A DNA stretch of 64,000 bases. It comes from an uncultured delta proteobacterium (GTDB lineage Bacteria > Myxococcota_A > Polyangia > Polyangiales > Polyangiaceae). Shown piece by piece: positions 23,766 to 34,245 of the stretch (position 1 is its first letter; each line of letters starts with the position of its first letter). The stretch covers positions 64,001-128,000 of the forward strand of contig CAVQUB010000018.1 of assembly GCA_963716725.1 (NCBI GenBank), read 5' to 3'. Below the pieces are notes generated by a model. The model ran no database searches, was not told the DNA's origin, and saw only the letters and a program-made list of their open reading frames with translations. Made by a program: the position numbers and the translations under genes.

Positions 23766-24953
23766 TCACGCGCGCCGCCGGCGCGCGATGCCAATACACA
23801 GTCCCAGCGTCGCGAAGACCCACGGCACGGGTTTCACCGGGCCGCGGTCGCCGCCCATGGAGCATCCGCCGCCGCTATCAGCGCCCTGCGGGTTGCCGGC
23901 GCTGGGCGCGAGGCAAACGCCGAGCGACGAACACTCGAGCCCTCCCGCACAGGGCGCCGACGGGTCACACGTCGGGGCGCAGGTGGCGGCCTCGGGCGTG
24001 GACGCGGTGAAGCAAGCGTAGCCGTTGGGGCACGGTTGCCCCTGGGCACAGCTCTGGCCCTGGGACCCGCTCCCGCCGGTGCCGGGGGGCGGGGGCGGCG
24101 GCGGCTCTTCCGGATCGCTCTTCCCACTGAGGGCCCAGAACGGCGGCTCGGTGCCCGCCATCTTCGCGGCGTCCTTCGCGGTGTCGATGATGAACTGGCT
24201 CCACGACACCACCGAACCGTAGATCGGCGTCGTGCAGCCCTCCCCACCGCGGGACACCACACCGATGACCTTGCCCTTCTCGTCGAGGGCCGGCCCACCC
24301 GAATCACCCTGACAGATCCCGGTGTCGCCCAAGAATTCGCTGGAGTCGATGCTGGGATGACCGCACTCGCCGGTCCCGCATTGCACGCTGAGGCCACCGA
24401 GCGCCATGCGCTCGCCTCCGCTCCAGCCCGCGGTGCCTTGCTGACCGTACCCCACGGCGGAGTAGGCCTCACCGGCAAAGACCGGCAAGTCGATCCGGGG
24501 CACGCGTGGCTTGATGTCGATGTTCTCGGCCAGGATCAACAGCGCAATGTCATAGCCGCAGGTATCGTCACTCTCTTGAGGGACACGCACCTCTGCGCCC
24601 TTGAACCACTTGCCCTGCTGCGACAGTTGCTGATCGGTCGAGACGAAGAGCCCGGTGCCTGCGTACGCGGGGCCAAACTTGGACACTCCGCAGATGACCG
24701 AGCCGCCGTTGTCCGGCGTGATGGGCGACACGCAGTGGCGAGCCGTGAGCACGAGATTCGGTGCAAGCAGCGAGCCCGAGCACATGCCCCCGTTCATGGC
24801 GAACATGCCGACGACGTTCACGTCTTCGAAGTCCTCTTGCCCGCCCTTGATCGCGCTCGAACTTTCCGCGGCGGAGGGCAGCGCCTCCGGTGACGCACCA
24901 CAACCGACGACCGAAGAGAGCAAGAGGCAGGACACGATGAGGGAACGTTTCAT
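23766..24953 (-). CDS. Trypsin-like (S1) serine protease lipoprotein with MYXO-CTERM-like tail
   Basis: CSGSLLAPNLVLTARHC, YDIALL, CQGDSGGP; Cys-rich repeats; C-terminal GGGCSM...hydrophobic...RRRRA. Confidence 0.9.
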   Translation of the reverse strand: MKRSLIVSCLLLSSVVGCGASPEALPSAAESSSAIKGGQEDFEDVNVVGMFAMNGGMCSGSLLAPNLVLTARHCVSPITPDNGGSVICGVSKFGPAYAGTGLFVSTDQQLSQQGKWFKGAEVRVPQESDDTCGYDIALLILAENIDIKPRVPRIDLPVFAGEAYSAVGYGQQGTAGWSGGERMALGGLSVQCGTGECGHPSIDSSEFLGDTGICQGDSGGPALDEKGKVIGVVSRGGEGCTTPIYGSVVSWSQFIIDTAKDAAKMAGTEPPFWALSGKSDPEEPPPPPPPGTGGSGSQGQSCAQGQPCPNGYACFTASTPEAATCAPTCDPSAPCAGGLECSSLGVCLAPSAGNPQGADSGGGCSMGGDRGPVKPVPWVFATLGLCIGIARRRRA

Positions 24954-25148
24954 GTCGATCCTTCCGGGTGCAGGGCCGCCGACGGTTCGGCGACCAGAGG
25001 CGAGAGCCGAGCGCGTCGCGGTGACCCGTCCTACTTACGGTGGCGCCCCACGCCCGGCCAGGACGATCCCCAACCTGCAGACGTTTTCGGGTGGACCCCG
25101 TGCGCCTGAGATGGAAAGAAGCAGCGTGGCTAGAAACCGGGTGCGCAA

Positions 25149-25925
25149 TTGAGCCGGGAAATTCGCTTGACCCAGCCCATCTCTGCCCCGCGCGACAGGG
25201 TGTGGCGGGCCTGCAGCAGCGCCCGGGGCATGACGGCGTGGCAGGCGGACGAAGCGAACGGGGAAGTCAGCGTCGGCTCGATGCTCTGGCTGCGCTGGCC
25301 TGCGCTCGGCGTCGAGCTCACGCTCGACGTGCTCGAAGTCGTCCCCGAAAGCCGCGTCGTGCTCGCCAAGGGAGCGACCCGAGTCGAGCTCGCGCTCGAC
25401 GGCCAGGCCGTCTCGCTCACGCACGCGGGAGTGAGCGACGGCGACGAGCGCGAAGGCGTGGCGTCCTCGTGGCAGCTCAGCTTGGGCTTACTCATGCACT
25501 ATTGCGAGCTGCACCCGGACGCTTCGCGCACGGTGCGCTGGCTGATGCGGCCCGCGCGCACGACCACCGGTGCGGCCCACGTGTTCTTCAGCGAGCAAGC
25601 AGCGCTCGCCAGCTGGCTCGGCTCCGGGAACAGCATCGGTGCCGCGGGCACGCGTTACGCCCTCGACCTGGGCCCGGGCGTGACGATGACCGGTCGGGTG
25701 TTGGCCCACTCGCCCGGGCGAGACCTGGCGCTGAGTTGGGAAGAAGACGACCAATCCGTGGTCGTGCTGCGGACTCTGCCCCAACCTTTCGAGCCCGACG
25801 TTCGACTGGTCGTACTCTCGTACTCGCGGTGGATCGAGCGGGCCCCGCCCCAGAGCCGACTGGATCTGCTGGAGGCAGCGCACCATCGTTTGATCCGGTT
25901 GCTCGACTCCGATCGCGAGGCCTGA
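25149..25925 (+). CDS. Tandem SRPBCC/AHA1-like domain protein
   Basis: IRLTQPISAPRDRVWRA..., LTHAG..W..L..L pattern, and a second similar half. Confidence 0.7.
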   Translation: MSREIRLTQPISAPRDRVWRACSSARGMTAWQADEANGEVSVGSMLWLRWPALGVELTLDVLEVVPESRVVLAKGATRVELALDGQAVSLTHAGVSDGDEREGVASSWQLSLGLLMHYCELHPDASRTVRWLMRPARTTTGAAHVFFSEQAALASWLGSGNSIGAAGTRYALDLGPGVTMTGRVLAHSPGRDLALSWEEDDQSVVVLRTLPQPFEPDVRLVVLSYSRWIERAPPQSRLDLLEAAHHRLIRLLDSDREA

Positions 25926-25932
25926 TCGCCGG

Positions 25933-26796
25933 TCACTTCCGCGGATCGGCGCAGCAGCGCGTCCCGGTCGAGTAGTCGTAGTAGCTCGGCGCGTGACCGC
26001 TGATCTTGGCCTCGCAGCCCTTGCTGGTCATGCGTGCGTAGAAGCCGCCGACGAAGACCCCGCTCGGGTCGTCGAGCCACTCGTCGAGGTTGCCGACCAT
26101 GTCGTGCACTCCCCCGTCGTCCCAGGCGCTCACGCACCCGAGGGTCGCGCCGGTCGAGCGCAAGAGCGGGTCCCGCCCCGCCTCGACGACCAGATTGAGC
26201 CGAGGGTCCGTGAGCCCCATCGAGGCGTTGTCGTGCAGCACTGCCGCGGGGTGGAGCGCGCGATGTACGTTGCAGCGCCCCGGGACGTAGTGGGCTCCAT
26301 AGGGGAACTTGGTCCCAACCCGGCCGCGACACGCCAGGGTCCACTCTTCTTCCTTGCACAGTCGCTTGCCCGCCGCCTGACACGCGCTCTTCGCTGCGTG
26401 GTAGGTCAGGTATCCTTGGGGCACCACGCCGGGGCGAGATACGGCCATGGGTTCGTAGCGCTCGCTGAGCTGGAACGACGGCAGCTCGGGCAGCGGCAGA
26501 CCGCGCGCGCCCGGATCACCGGTGCGAGAGCGCTCGACGAGCCACACCTCGCGCACGCGGCTGAGCGCCGCCGGTTGAGGCGGATAGTACGGCGACAGCG
26601 CGCGCCCCGACTTCCGGTCGACCAAGGACGCCTCCCACCGGTCGATGCAAAACCCGGAGACCAGCGCCATCGGCGCCGGACAGCGCCGGGCGGATAGAGG
26701 GCGGGGGCCGCTCGGTCTCGCGGCGGGCTGGGCTCCGGCCAGGGAAATCGAGCCCAGAACGACCAGCATGGCGCCCCATGTTCGAGCCCGCGGCAT
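25933..26796 (-). CDS. SUMF1/FGE-sulfatase domain protein (exported)
   Basis: CPAPM, FCIDRWE, GKRLCKEEEWTLAC, FPYG, VHDMVGNLDEW, TGTRCC. Confidence 0.85.
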   Translation of the reverse strand: MPRARTWGAMLVVLGSISLAGAQPAARPSGPRPLSARRCPAPMALVSGFCIDRWEASLVDRKSGRALSPYYPPQPAALSRVREVWLVERSRTGDPGARGLPLPELPSFQLSERYEPMAVSRPGVVPQGYLTYHAAKSACQAAGKRLCKEEEWTLACRGRVGTKFPYGAHYVPGRCNVHRALHPAAVLHDNASMGLTDPRLNLVVEAGRDPLLRSTGATLGCVSAWDDGGVHDMVGNLDEWLDDPSGVFVGGFYARMTSKGCEAKISGHAPSYYDYSTGTRCCADPRK

Positions 26797-26873
26797 GACC
26801 CGTCCACGGTGGCACGGGCGGTCCGCGTCCGCCACCGTTTGCCCGGTGCCCCAGCCCGAGGCAGGTTCCAAGC

Positions 26874-27515
26874 GTGCACACTGACGAAAGGTGGACTGCG
26901 CTCGCGGAGCGCATGATTCGGTCCGTCGAGCTCGCCGCCGCGCCGCGTGATCCGCGGGTGCTCGAGGCGTTCCGGCGCATCCCGCGCCACGCCTTCGTAC
27001 CTGAGGTCAGCCGATTGGAGGCGTACGACGATCGCTCGCTGCCCATCGGCGAAGAACAGACCATCAGTCAGCCTTCGATGATCGCCATGATGCTCGACTC
27101 CCTCGAGTGTGAACCAACGTCACGAGTGCTCGAGGTCGGCGCAGGCTCGGGCTACGCCGCAGCGCTCCTGTCGTGCCTGGTCGAGCGCGTGGACGCCGTC
27201 GAGATTCGACCGCAGCTCGCGGCGCGGGCAGCCGCGACGTTGAAGGCCCTGGGCATCGACAACGTCTTCATCCACGTTGGCGACGGCAGCAAAGGCTGGG
27301 CGGAGCGGGCGCCCTTCGACCGCATCTTGGTGTCGGCCGCGCCGGGGGCCATACCTCCGGCGCTCATCGAGCAACTGGGCCCTGGCGGACGCATCGCAAT
27401 CCCCGTGGGCGACTGCCAGCATCAGGTGCTCATGGTCGGCGAGCGCGGCGCCGATGGTGAGGTCCGGATGCGTCGAGACGTTCCCTGTGTCTTCGTCCCG
27501 CTGGTCGAGCCCTGA
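26874..27515 (+). CDS. pcm: Protein-L-isoaspartate O-methyltransferase
   Basis: PRHAFVP, AYDDRSLPIGEEQTISQP, VLEVGAGSGY, GDGSKGW..APFDRI, FVPLV. Confidence 0.93.
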   Translation: MHTDERWTALAERMIRSVELAAAPRDPRVLEAFRRIPRHAFVPEVSRLEAYDDRSLPIGEEQTISQPSMIAMMLDSLECEPTSRVLEVGAGSGYAAALLSCLVERVDAVEIRPQLAARAAATLKALGIDNVFIHVGDGSKGWAERAPFDRILVSAAPGAIPPALIEQLGPGGRIAIPVGDCQHQVLMVGERGADGEVRMRRDVPCVFVPLVEP

Positions 27516-27518
27516 AGC

Positions 27519-28082
27519 TCAGGCGCTGCCGACCGTGCGCGTTGTGAACGCGATGGGTGTGGTGCCAGCGCTGTGATACGCACGGGTCCACACGTCGCCG
27601 TTCTCGCCGTCGAACACCACGGAAGGATCGACGTCGACAGGAAGCCATGCTCCGGCTCGGATTTCGTTCTCGAGTTGATCCGGCGCCCAACCCGCGTAGC
27701 CCACCAGCCCCATCAGGCTGCCGGGCGCCTGGCCTTTGGCCACTGCTTCGAGCGCCTGGCGAGACGCGCAGGCCGTGATGCCAGCGCCCACTTCGAACTG
27801 TCCCTCGACCTCGCTGAAGCGCTCTTCGGTCCGGTAGATGAGCCAGACCTGCTCCTGCGCCACGGGACCTCCGACGCGAACCAACCCCGGAACGATGATG
27901 GGGCTGTCGGTGACATCGGCTCGCACCAAGAGCTCGGGGATGCTCATCACCTCTCGGCCATTCACGACCCAACCAAACGCACCCTCGGGACCATGCGCGG
28001 CCAGCAAGACCACCGATCGGTCGAAGTTCGGGTCCCCGAGGGGAGGCGAGGCCACCAAGAGACCGGGCGCGAGAACGGACAT
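27519..28082 (-). CDS. YqgE/AlgH family protein
   Basis: LLVASPPLGDPNFDRSVVLL, GGPV, GYAGWAPDQLENEI..GAW. Confidence 0.92.
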   Translation of the reverse strand: MSVLAPGLLVASPPLGDPNFDRSVVLLAAHGPEGAFGWVVNGREVMSIPELLVRADVTDSPIIVPGLVRVGGPVAQEQVWLIYRTEERFSEVEGQFEVGAGITACASRQALEAVAKGQAPGSLMGLVGYAGWAPDQLENEIRAGAWLPVDVDPSVVFDGENGDVWTRAYHSAGTTPIAFTTRTVGSA

Positions 28083-28097
28083 CGTCGTTGGTCTCCT

Positions 28098-28922
28098 TCA
28101 GTGCACGATCACGCCGGCGTAGCCGACGACTTTTGCCAAATCACCCGAGACTTCGCCGGAGTTTCCGTAGCGTACCAGCTCGGCCTTGGTCGCTGAAAGC
28201 TCGCGGGCAGCGAACAGGCTGACGGTGGTCGGTATGTAGCCACACATGGAAATGCCTTCGCGCTCGCACACCTCGAACAATCCTTCGGGATCCAAAGAAA
28301 GCACACGATCGATGGCTCGCAGGTCGTAGTGGCGAGCGGTGTCGGCGGGCACGTAGTGCGACATGTCGGTACTGGCGACCATGAGCACTCCTGCGCCCGT
28401 CGCGGCCTCGGACTCACGGACCACCTTGCCGATCTGAACACCGAGCGCGCGGCACTCGGCAAGGCTCAGCCGCCCGAGGCAAATCGGCACCACGCGGACG
28501 TCGCTCCGGCGCGCGTACAAGAATGGCATCTGCACCTCCGCTGCATGCTCGCGCCGGTGTGCCAGTTCGTCGGGGGTGAGCTGCTCCGTTTTCAACAGGC
28601 GCTGCGCGAGATCGACGTCGATGCCCAAGGAAAACCCGGGGAAGCTCCAGTCGCCTCCGCTCCAGAGCGAGCGACGGGCCCCGAGCCCGGTGTGATTCGG
28701 ACACAGCACGACGGCAGACGCTGGGACTCGAATGCGCGCGTAGGTCGCCCCGGCGATGGCGCCGCTGTACAGGTAGCCGGCGTGGGGGACCATGACCACG
28801 CGAGCGTCGAGGAGCGCCGCCTCGGGATCGGGCAGGCAGCGTCGCACCTCGAGCTCGAGCCGGTGCGGCTCGCCGGGGTAGAACCGCCCGGCTACCGCCG
28901 GCTGTCGGGCACTCTCGAGCAT
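28098..28922 (-). CDS. amrB: AmmeMemoRadiSam system protein B (MEMO1 family)
   Basis: RQPAVAGRFYP, PHAGYLYSG, PNHTG, EHAAEVQMPF, ASTDMSHY, SMCG, VVGYAG. Confidence 0.92.
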   Translation of the reverse strand: MLESARQPAVAGRFYPGEPHRLELEVRRCLPDPEAALLDARVVMVPHAGYLYSGAIAGATYARIRVPASAVVLCPNHTGLGARRSLWSGGDWSFPGFSLGIDVDLAQRLLKTEQLTPDELAHRREHAAEVQMPFLYARRSDVRVVPICLGRLSLAECRALGVQIGKVVRESEAATGAGVLMVASTDMSHYVPADTARHYDLRAIDRVLSLDPEGLFEVCEREGISMCGYIPTTVSLFAARELSATKAELVRYGNSGEVSGDLAKVVGYAGVIVH

Positions 28923-29061
28923 CCTGCTGCCAGGATAGCGCGGACCCGCCGCGCGGCGAGACCTCAGCCGGTCCGCGCCGCTAAGTCCCGCGCGAGCCTG
29001 CAAAATGGCCCGCTCGCGTGAGTATCGCCGGTGACGAGTCGTTGCGATACAGTGCCCGTCG

Positions 29062-29901
29062 ATGCGGGTGACCTTCTACGGCGTTCGGGGCTCGGTCCCC
29101 GCACCTGGACCAACGACGGCGCGGTACGGCGGCAATACCTCGTGCGTCGAGGTGCTGCTCGAGGACGGCACCACCTTGGTGCTCGACGCGGGGACTGGAA
29201 TGCGCGCGCTCGGCGCCAAGCTGCTCGAGAGCGGTCGACACGAGAAGGTGCACCTCTTGCTCTCGCACACCCATTGGGATCACGTGCTCGGGCTGCCCTT
29301 CTTCGCGCCGCTCTGGCGCAAGGACTCCGAGATCCGGGTCTACCCGCTGCCGACCGATGCGCAGGAGCGATTCCAGCGCACGATCTTCGACGACATCCAC
29401 TTCCCCGTCAGCGTCAACGACATCCCCGCCAAGGTGGAGTTCGAGAAGCCGAGCGCCGAGCCCTGGCGCATCGGCTCCGCGACCGTCCGTCGCATCGCGC
29501 TGAACCACCCCGGCAGCGCCCAGGGTTTCCGCATCGACGACGCGAGCGGCGCGTCGGTGGCGTACCTGACGGACAACGAGCTCGTCCGAGGCGCGGCGGG
29601 CAAGGCGGCGCTCGATGACCTGGCTCGATTCGCTGCCAACACCGGCCTCTTGATCCACGACTCGCAGTACCTCGACTCGGACATGCCGGACAAATACGGC
29701 TGGGGACACTCGGTCATCGACGACGTGGTCACGCTGGGTGCCCGCGCCGAGGCGCGCGGCGTCGTCCTGTTCCATCACGATCCCAACCGAACGGACGACG
29801 ACCTGGACGCGATCAAGGTGCGCGCGGCAGCGCTGCTCGCCGAACAAGCGCCCGAGGCCGAGCTGTGCGTGGCCATCGAGGGACAGAGCATCGAGCTCTG
29901 A
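29062..29901 (+). CDS. MBL-fold metallo-hydrolase
   Basis: GVRGSVP..YGGNTSC, SHTHWDH, HPG, TDNE, HDSQY, GWGHS, FHHDP. Confidence 0.9.
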   Translation: MRVTFYGVRGSVPAPGPTTARYGGNTSCVEVLLEDGTTLVLDAGTGMRALGAKLLESGRHEKVHLLLSHTHWDHVLGLPFFAPLWRKDSEIRVYPLPTDAQERFQRTIFDDIHFPVSVNDIPAKVEFEKPSAEPWRIGSATVRRIALNHPGSAQGFRIDDASGASVAYLTDNELVRGAAGKAALDDLARFAANTGLLIHDSQYLDSDMPDKYGWGHSVIDDVVTLGARAEARGVVLFHHDPNRTDDDLDAIKVRAAALLAEQAPEAELCVAIEGQSIEL

Positions 29902-29913
29902 GCGCCGGCGCGC

Positions 29914-31593
29914 TCAGCGGCTGAGGCGGATGTCGGTCTTCGGCTTTGGCGAGGGCTCCGGCTTCTTCGGGGCTGGCTTCGCCGGGGTCGGTCGCGAGCG
30001 CCCGGGGGCAGCTGCGGACGAAGCTGCGGGTGCGGGCGCTTCGGCAGCAACCGCGGCCCCGACCACCGCTACCAACGGCGCGCGCACTTTCACGTCAACC
30101 GCGGAATCGCCTTGCTGAATTCGATAGGGCTGATGCCCCTCGAGCTTCAAGCTGAACTCGCGCGGACCGGCGCCGACCGAGGAACGCTCGACATCGATCG
30201 AGAGCGGGGTCTTGCCCAGCACACGATCTGCCTCGATGACTTCCGCTGCGGGGGGCACCGACTCGATCACCAGGGAGAACGCCGTCGCCGGGGGCGCGGG
30301 GGCGACTGCCGTCCCTTTCCGCGCCGTAGCCAGCGTGCTCACCCCGATCGCGAGGGCGCCCAGCAGCACCACCGCGGTCGCGCCCAGGACCAGCGGCAGA
30401 CGCGAGCGGCGCCCCGCGACGCTGCGGGTCTTCGAGAACGGTGCGTCCGAGGGCGCATGGGGGGCAGAGGCGGCGACGCGAAGGACGGTCGGCGCGTCGG
30501 GATCGGAGCGCTCGAAGGGACCATCGACCCGAACGGAAATCGGCTGCGAAGCGCCGGAGCTCAGCAGCGAGGACGCGACGTCGATGGTCTCACTCGACCC
30601 CAGCGCAGCTCGGCCCGAAGCCGGCAGGGGCTGAGCGGACGCAATCGCCAAAGGCGGGGCGCCGGACGCGACCGGCCTCGCCGGCGCGTGGCGACCCTGG
30701 AAGGGCTGGAGCGCGGCGCACAGCTCGTCCACCGTCTGGTGGCGTCGTCCCGGATCCTTCTGGAGGCAGCACGCGGCGACCAACAGGAACTCCGGCGGAA
30801 GGTCGGGTCGCGCCGCCCCCAAGGACTCGGGTTGATCGGCCGCAATCGCGGCGCAGATCGCCGGTAGCGACTCGCCTCGAAAGGCGGGTTTTCCGCTCAA
30901 AAGCTCGTGCAAGATGACGCCGAGGGACCAGATGTCCGACCGGCCGTCCACGCTCTTGGCGTCGCGCACCTGCTCGGGCGACATGTACATCGGGGAACCG
31001 ATCATGGCGCGCGTAACCGTCAACGCCGTGTCGGTCAAGGGATCGTGGGAAGCCTTCGAGATCCCGAAGTCGAGGACCTTGACCCAGGGCCTCCCATCAG
31101 TGCGTTGGGTCAAGAACAGGTTCGAGGGTTTGAGATCGCGATGCACGATACCGGCGGAGTGTGCCTCACCAATCGCGTCCGCGGCCTGCAACACGAAGTC
31201 GACGGCCTGCTCGATGGGAAGCGGCCCGCCGAGCTTGATCACCCGGCGCAGATCCTGCCCGCTGAGCAGCTCCATCACCATGTAGGGCAGGCCCGACGGC
31301 AGCGTGTCCACGTCGAAGATCCGCACGACGTGCTCGCTCTTGAGCCCTGCGGCGGCCCGGGCCTCGCGCAAGAAGCGCGGGATCGCGGCGGTCGAGTCGT
31401 CGCTGGCCTCGAGGGGAAGCAGCACCTTGATGGCCACGATCTGGCCGAGAGCCAGGTGCGTCGCCGACACCACGACCCCCATTCCGCCGATGGCGACCAT
31501 GCTCTCCACGCGGTATTTCCCGGCGATGACGTCGCCTTCCGCGATCGGCATGCCGGGCGGGAAGGGCTTCTTGGGGGCCGCGGCAGAGCTCAT
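29914..31593 (-). CDS. Membrane Ser/Thr protein kinase with C-terminal PEGA-like domain
   Basis: GGMGVV, VAIK, HRDLKPSN, DFG, GSPMYMSPEQ; TM helix; IESVPPAAEV...LGKTPL. Confidence 0.9.
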   Translation of the reverse strand: MSSAAAPKKPFPPGMPIAEGDVIAGKYRVESMVAIGGMGVVVSATHLALGQIVAIKVLLPLEASDDSTAAIPRFLREARAAAGLKSEHVVRIFDVDTLPSGLPYMVMELLSGQDLRRVIKLGGPLPIEQAVDFVLQAADAIGEAHSAGIVHRDLKPSNLFLTQRTDGRPWVKVLDFGISKASHDPLTDTALTVTRAMIGSPMYMSPEQVRDAKSVDGRSDIWSLGVILHELLSGKPAFRGESLPAICAAIAADQPESLGAARPDLPPEFLLVAACCLQKDPGRRHQTVDELCAALQPFQGRHAPARPVASGAPPLAIASAQPLPASGRAALGSSETIDVASSLLSSGASQPISVRVDGPFERSDPDAPTVLRVAASAPHAPSDAPFSKTRSVAGRRSRLPLVLGATAVVLLGALAIGVSTLATARKGTAVAPAPPATAFSLVIESVPPAAEVIEADRVLGKTPLSIDVERSSVGAGPREFSLKLEGHQPYRIQQGDSAVDVKVRAPLVAVVGAAVAAEAPAPAASSAAAPGRSRPTPAKPAPKKPEPSPKPKTDIRLSR

Positions 31594-31640
31594 GGTGGGT
31601 CGGGTGGCGACGAGGCGCGCCCGTTGTGGAATTGAGTAGT

Positions 31641-32135
31641 TTACGCATCCTCGGTCGCAGCGTCCACCCACACCGGGGCCAGGACCGTCGCCAAGTCCGC
31701 GGGGCAAACCGCCACCAGAAAGCCACGCGCGCCGCCGTTGACGTAGATGCGGTCGAGCGCCGCGATGGTCCGCTCCGCGTAGAGCGGCATGGGCTTCTTC
31801 AACCCGAAGGGGCTCGTGCCGCCGACCAAGTAGCCCGAGTGTTTCTCGGCCACCTTGGGATCGCAGGGCACGACGCGCTTCTTCCCGATCTGACGCGCGA
31901 GGTTCTTCGTCGACACCTCACGGTCGCCGTGCATCAGCACGCACAGCGGCGCCCTGTTCTCGTCTTCGAGGATCAGCGTCTTGACCACCTGATGCTCGTC
32001 GACTCCGAGCGCCTCCGCGGAGTGTCGGGTGCCGCCGCGAGGCTCGTAGTCGAAGACGTGGGCTTCGAAGGGCACTCTCGCGGCGCGTAGCGCACGCACG
32101 GCCAGCGTCACGGGGTGGTCGGTAGCCACGCGCAA
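31641..32135 (-). CDS. ybaK: Cys-tRNA(Pro) deacylase YbaK/EbsC family
   Basis: VVKTLI, SGYLVGGTSPFG, IYVNGGARG. Confidence 0.88.
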   Translation of the reverse strand: MRVATDHPVTLAVRALRAARVPFEAHVFDYEPRGGTRHSAEALGVDEHQVVKTLILEDENRAPLCVLMHGDREVSTKNLARQIGKKRVVPCDPKVAEKHSGYLVGGTSPFGLKKPMPLYAERTIAALDRIYVNGGARGFLVAVCPADLATVLAPVWVDAATEDA

Positions 32136-32188
32136 GACGCTATCAGAACCGCGGGGGCCCCGGCGCCGCCAGATGCCGGGCCCCTGAG

Positions 32189-32761
32189 CTACCCGCGCTC
32201 GGGCCGAACTCTACCCGCCCTCTCGCACAGCCGGTCGTAGATCCGGCGCGCGAGGGGCAGCTCCATGTCGCGAAAGTTCTTCGGATTCTGCCAAAACTCG
32301 TCGAGTTGCCCGCGCTGCTGTCGCTCGTACACGTGCGCCTTGATCATCATTTGCAGCTTGTCGGCGGCTTTGACGATGCGTGCCTCGAGGCTCGCTCCGG
32401 CCTCGGCCTCCTGCCAGCTCGCATAGAGCGCATCGGGCAACAGGTCTCTGGCCAGCGCCTCGTCGATCCGATCGAGCACCGACTCGGCCTCCGCGGTCTT
32501 CACGGGCATGGGCACGTCGCCGGTGCGCGCTTCCGGTGCGTCGTGCACGAGAGCCATTCGCAGCACACGCTCGCCGTCCACGGTCTCGCCCTCGGCTCGG
32601 AGCGCATCGGTGAGCAACATCGCCACCATCGCAACGCCGAAGCTGTGGTCAGCGATGGATTCGCAGGGACGAACGCCCCGGAGCAACCAGCCCGTGCGCG
32701 GCAGATCGCTCAGCGGATCGAGGCGAACCAGGGTGTCGATGACGCGGTCTTCAACGCACAC
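32189..32761 (-). CDS. HD-domain hydrolase (HDDC2/YfbR-like 5'-deoxynucleotidase family)
   Basis: PRTGW, ESIADHS, MALVHDAPEARTGD, EARIVKAADKLQM. Confidence 0.85.
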   Translation of the reverse strand: MCVEDRVIDTLVRLDPLSDLPRTGWLLRGVRPCESIADHSFGVAMVAMLLTDALRAEGETVDGERVLRMALVHDAPEARTGDVPMPVKTAEAESVLDRIDEALARDLLPDALYASWQEAEAGASLEARIVKAADKLQMMIKAHVYERQQRGQLDEFWQNPKNFRDMELPLARRIYDRLCERAGRVRPERG

Positions 32762-32814
32762 GGCGCGGAGCTTATCCTGGATTTGTCGTCGCGGGTCACG
32801 CTAGCGTCCGCACC

Positions 32815-34245
32815 GTGCGGTCATTGCTTGTCGCCATCGCGTTGGCCTGGACGTCGAATGCCGGCATCGCGGCGGCCGCGCCGAAGCAGGCGCCGCGTCC
32901 CGATCCGCCCATCGCACCCGATCAGAAGCGCCCGGTCCCCGACTACGACGGCCGCGGCGACGACCCCGTGACCGTCGGCGACGTGCTGCTCTGGATCCCG
33001 CGCGTCGCGCTCTCGCCTTTGTATCTGGTCAGCGAGTACGTGATCCGTCGCCCGCTGGGCTGGGGGGTGTCGGCGGCAGAGCGAAACGACGTGCCGCAGA
33101 AGCTCGTCGACCTCTTCACCTTCGGACCTGACGGCAACATCGCCCTCGTGCCCACCGGGCTCATCGATTTCGGCTTCCGCGCGAGCGTCGGCGTCTACCT
33201 GCGCTACAACGAGTTTCTCGCCGAACCCAACAAGCTCCGGGCGCGCGCGGCCACCGGCGGTCTCGATTGGTGGCTCTTCAACCTGAGCGACCGCGTGACC
33301 GTCGCGCCGCAGCAGGAGCTCGGCCCACGCGCCGAGTGGAGCACACGACCCGATTGGGTGTTTCACGGAATCGGACCCGAGTCCGGATCTCGCGAAGCAA
33401 GATTCAAGATGCGCAAGGCCGAGGCCGGCCTGCAGTACGACGCCAAGCTGTGGCGCTCGAGCGCTGCGTCGAGCTTCGTGGGCGTGCGCGACGCGAGCTT
33501 CGACCCAGCGGGCGGCACCTCCAATGATCCGACGGTCGCCCAAGAGATCGCGCGAGGACGCTACCCAGCCCCGCCCGGCCTCGCCGACGGCTACACGGTG
33601 ATGGTCCAGAGCCTGATGCTCGAGCTCGACACGCGACCCCGGCGCAGCCCCGAAGACCTGCCCGAAGCCAGCGACTACGTCTCGCCCCCGGGGAGCGGAG
33701 TCCGGCTTCAGCTCCGCGGCGAGCACGCGGCGGGGCTGCGAGACCTGCCGCGTTCGCGCGTGAGCACACCCCAACGGCACCACTGGATCGAGTATGGCGG
33801 GACCCTCGGCGGCTTCGTCGACCTGACCGGAACGCAGCGCGTGCTCGGCCTCTCCCTGATCGCGGACTTCGCGGACCCCATCGACCCCAGTGGCGAAATC
33901 CCGTTCACCGAGCAGGCGTCGCTCGGAGGCCCGCGACCGCTCCGCGGCTTTCTCGAAGGCAGATTGGTCGGACGGAGCTCCATCGTCGCCGAGCTCGACT
34001 ATCAGTATCCGATCTGGGTCTGGCTCGACGGGGCAATGCACTATGCGCTGGGCAACGTCTTCGGCGAGAGGCTCGACGGCTTCGATCTCGAACTCGCTCG
34101 GCAGTCTTTTGGCTTGGGCTTCCGCTCCATCGGCAATCGTGACCACAGCTTCGAGTTGCTCGTGGCCTTCGGCACGGACACCTTCCGCGGCGGCGCGGAG
34201 GTCGAATACCTGCGTTTCACCCTGGGCGCGACCAGTGGCTTCTAG
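32815..34245 (+). CDS. Omp85 (BamA/TamA) family beta-barrel without POTRA domains
   Basis: Signal peptide; SLGGPRPLRGF..GRLVG...ELDYQYPIW (Omp85 RGF loop motif); C-terminal Phe. Confidence 0.75.
   Translation: MRSLLVAIALAWTSNAGIAAAAPKQAPRPDPPIAPDQKRPVPDYDGRGDDPVTVGDVLLWIPRVALSPLYLVSEYVIRRPLGWGVSAAERNDVPQKLVDLFTFGPDGNIALVPTGLIDFGFRASVGVYLRYNEFLAEPNKLRARAATGGLDWWLFNLSDRVTVAPQQELGPRAEWSTRPDWVFHGIGPESGSREARFKMRKAEAGLQYDAKLWRSSAASSFVGVRDASFDPAGGTSNDPTVAQEIARGRYPAPPGLADGYTVMVQSLMLELDTRPRRSPEDLPEASDYVSPPGSGVRLQLRGEHAAGLRDLPRSRVSTPQRHHWIEYGGTLGGFVDLTGTQRVLGLSLIADFADPIDPSGEIPFTEQASLGGPRPLRGFLEGRLVGRSSIVAELDYQYPIWVWLDGAMHYALGNVFGERLDGFDLELARQSFGLGFRSIGNRDHSFELLVAFGTDTFRGGAEVEYLRFTLGATSGF

Noticed and set aside
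28098..28922. Complete AmmeMemoRadiSam system
   Set aside because: Only amrB is in this window; the partner genes may lie elsewhere in the genome, so this is not notable by itself.
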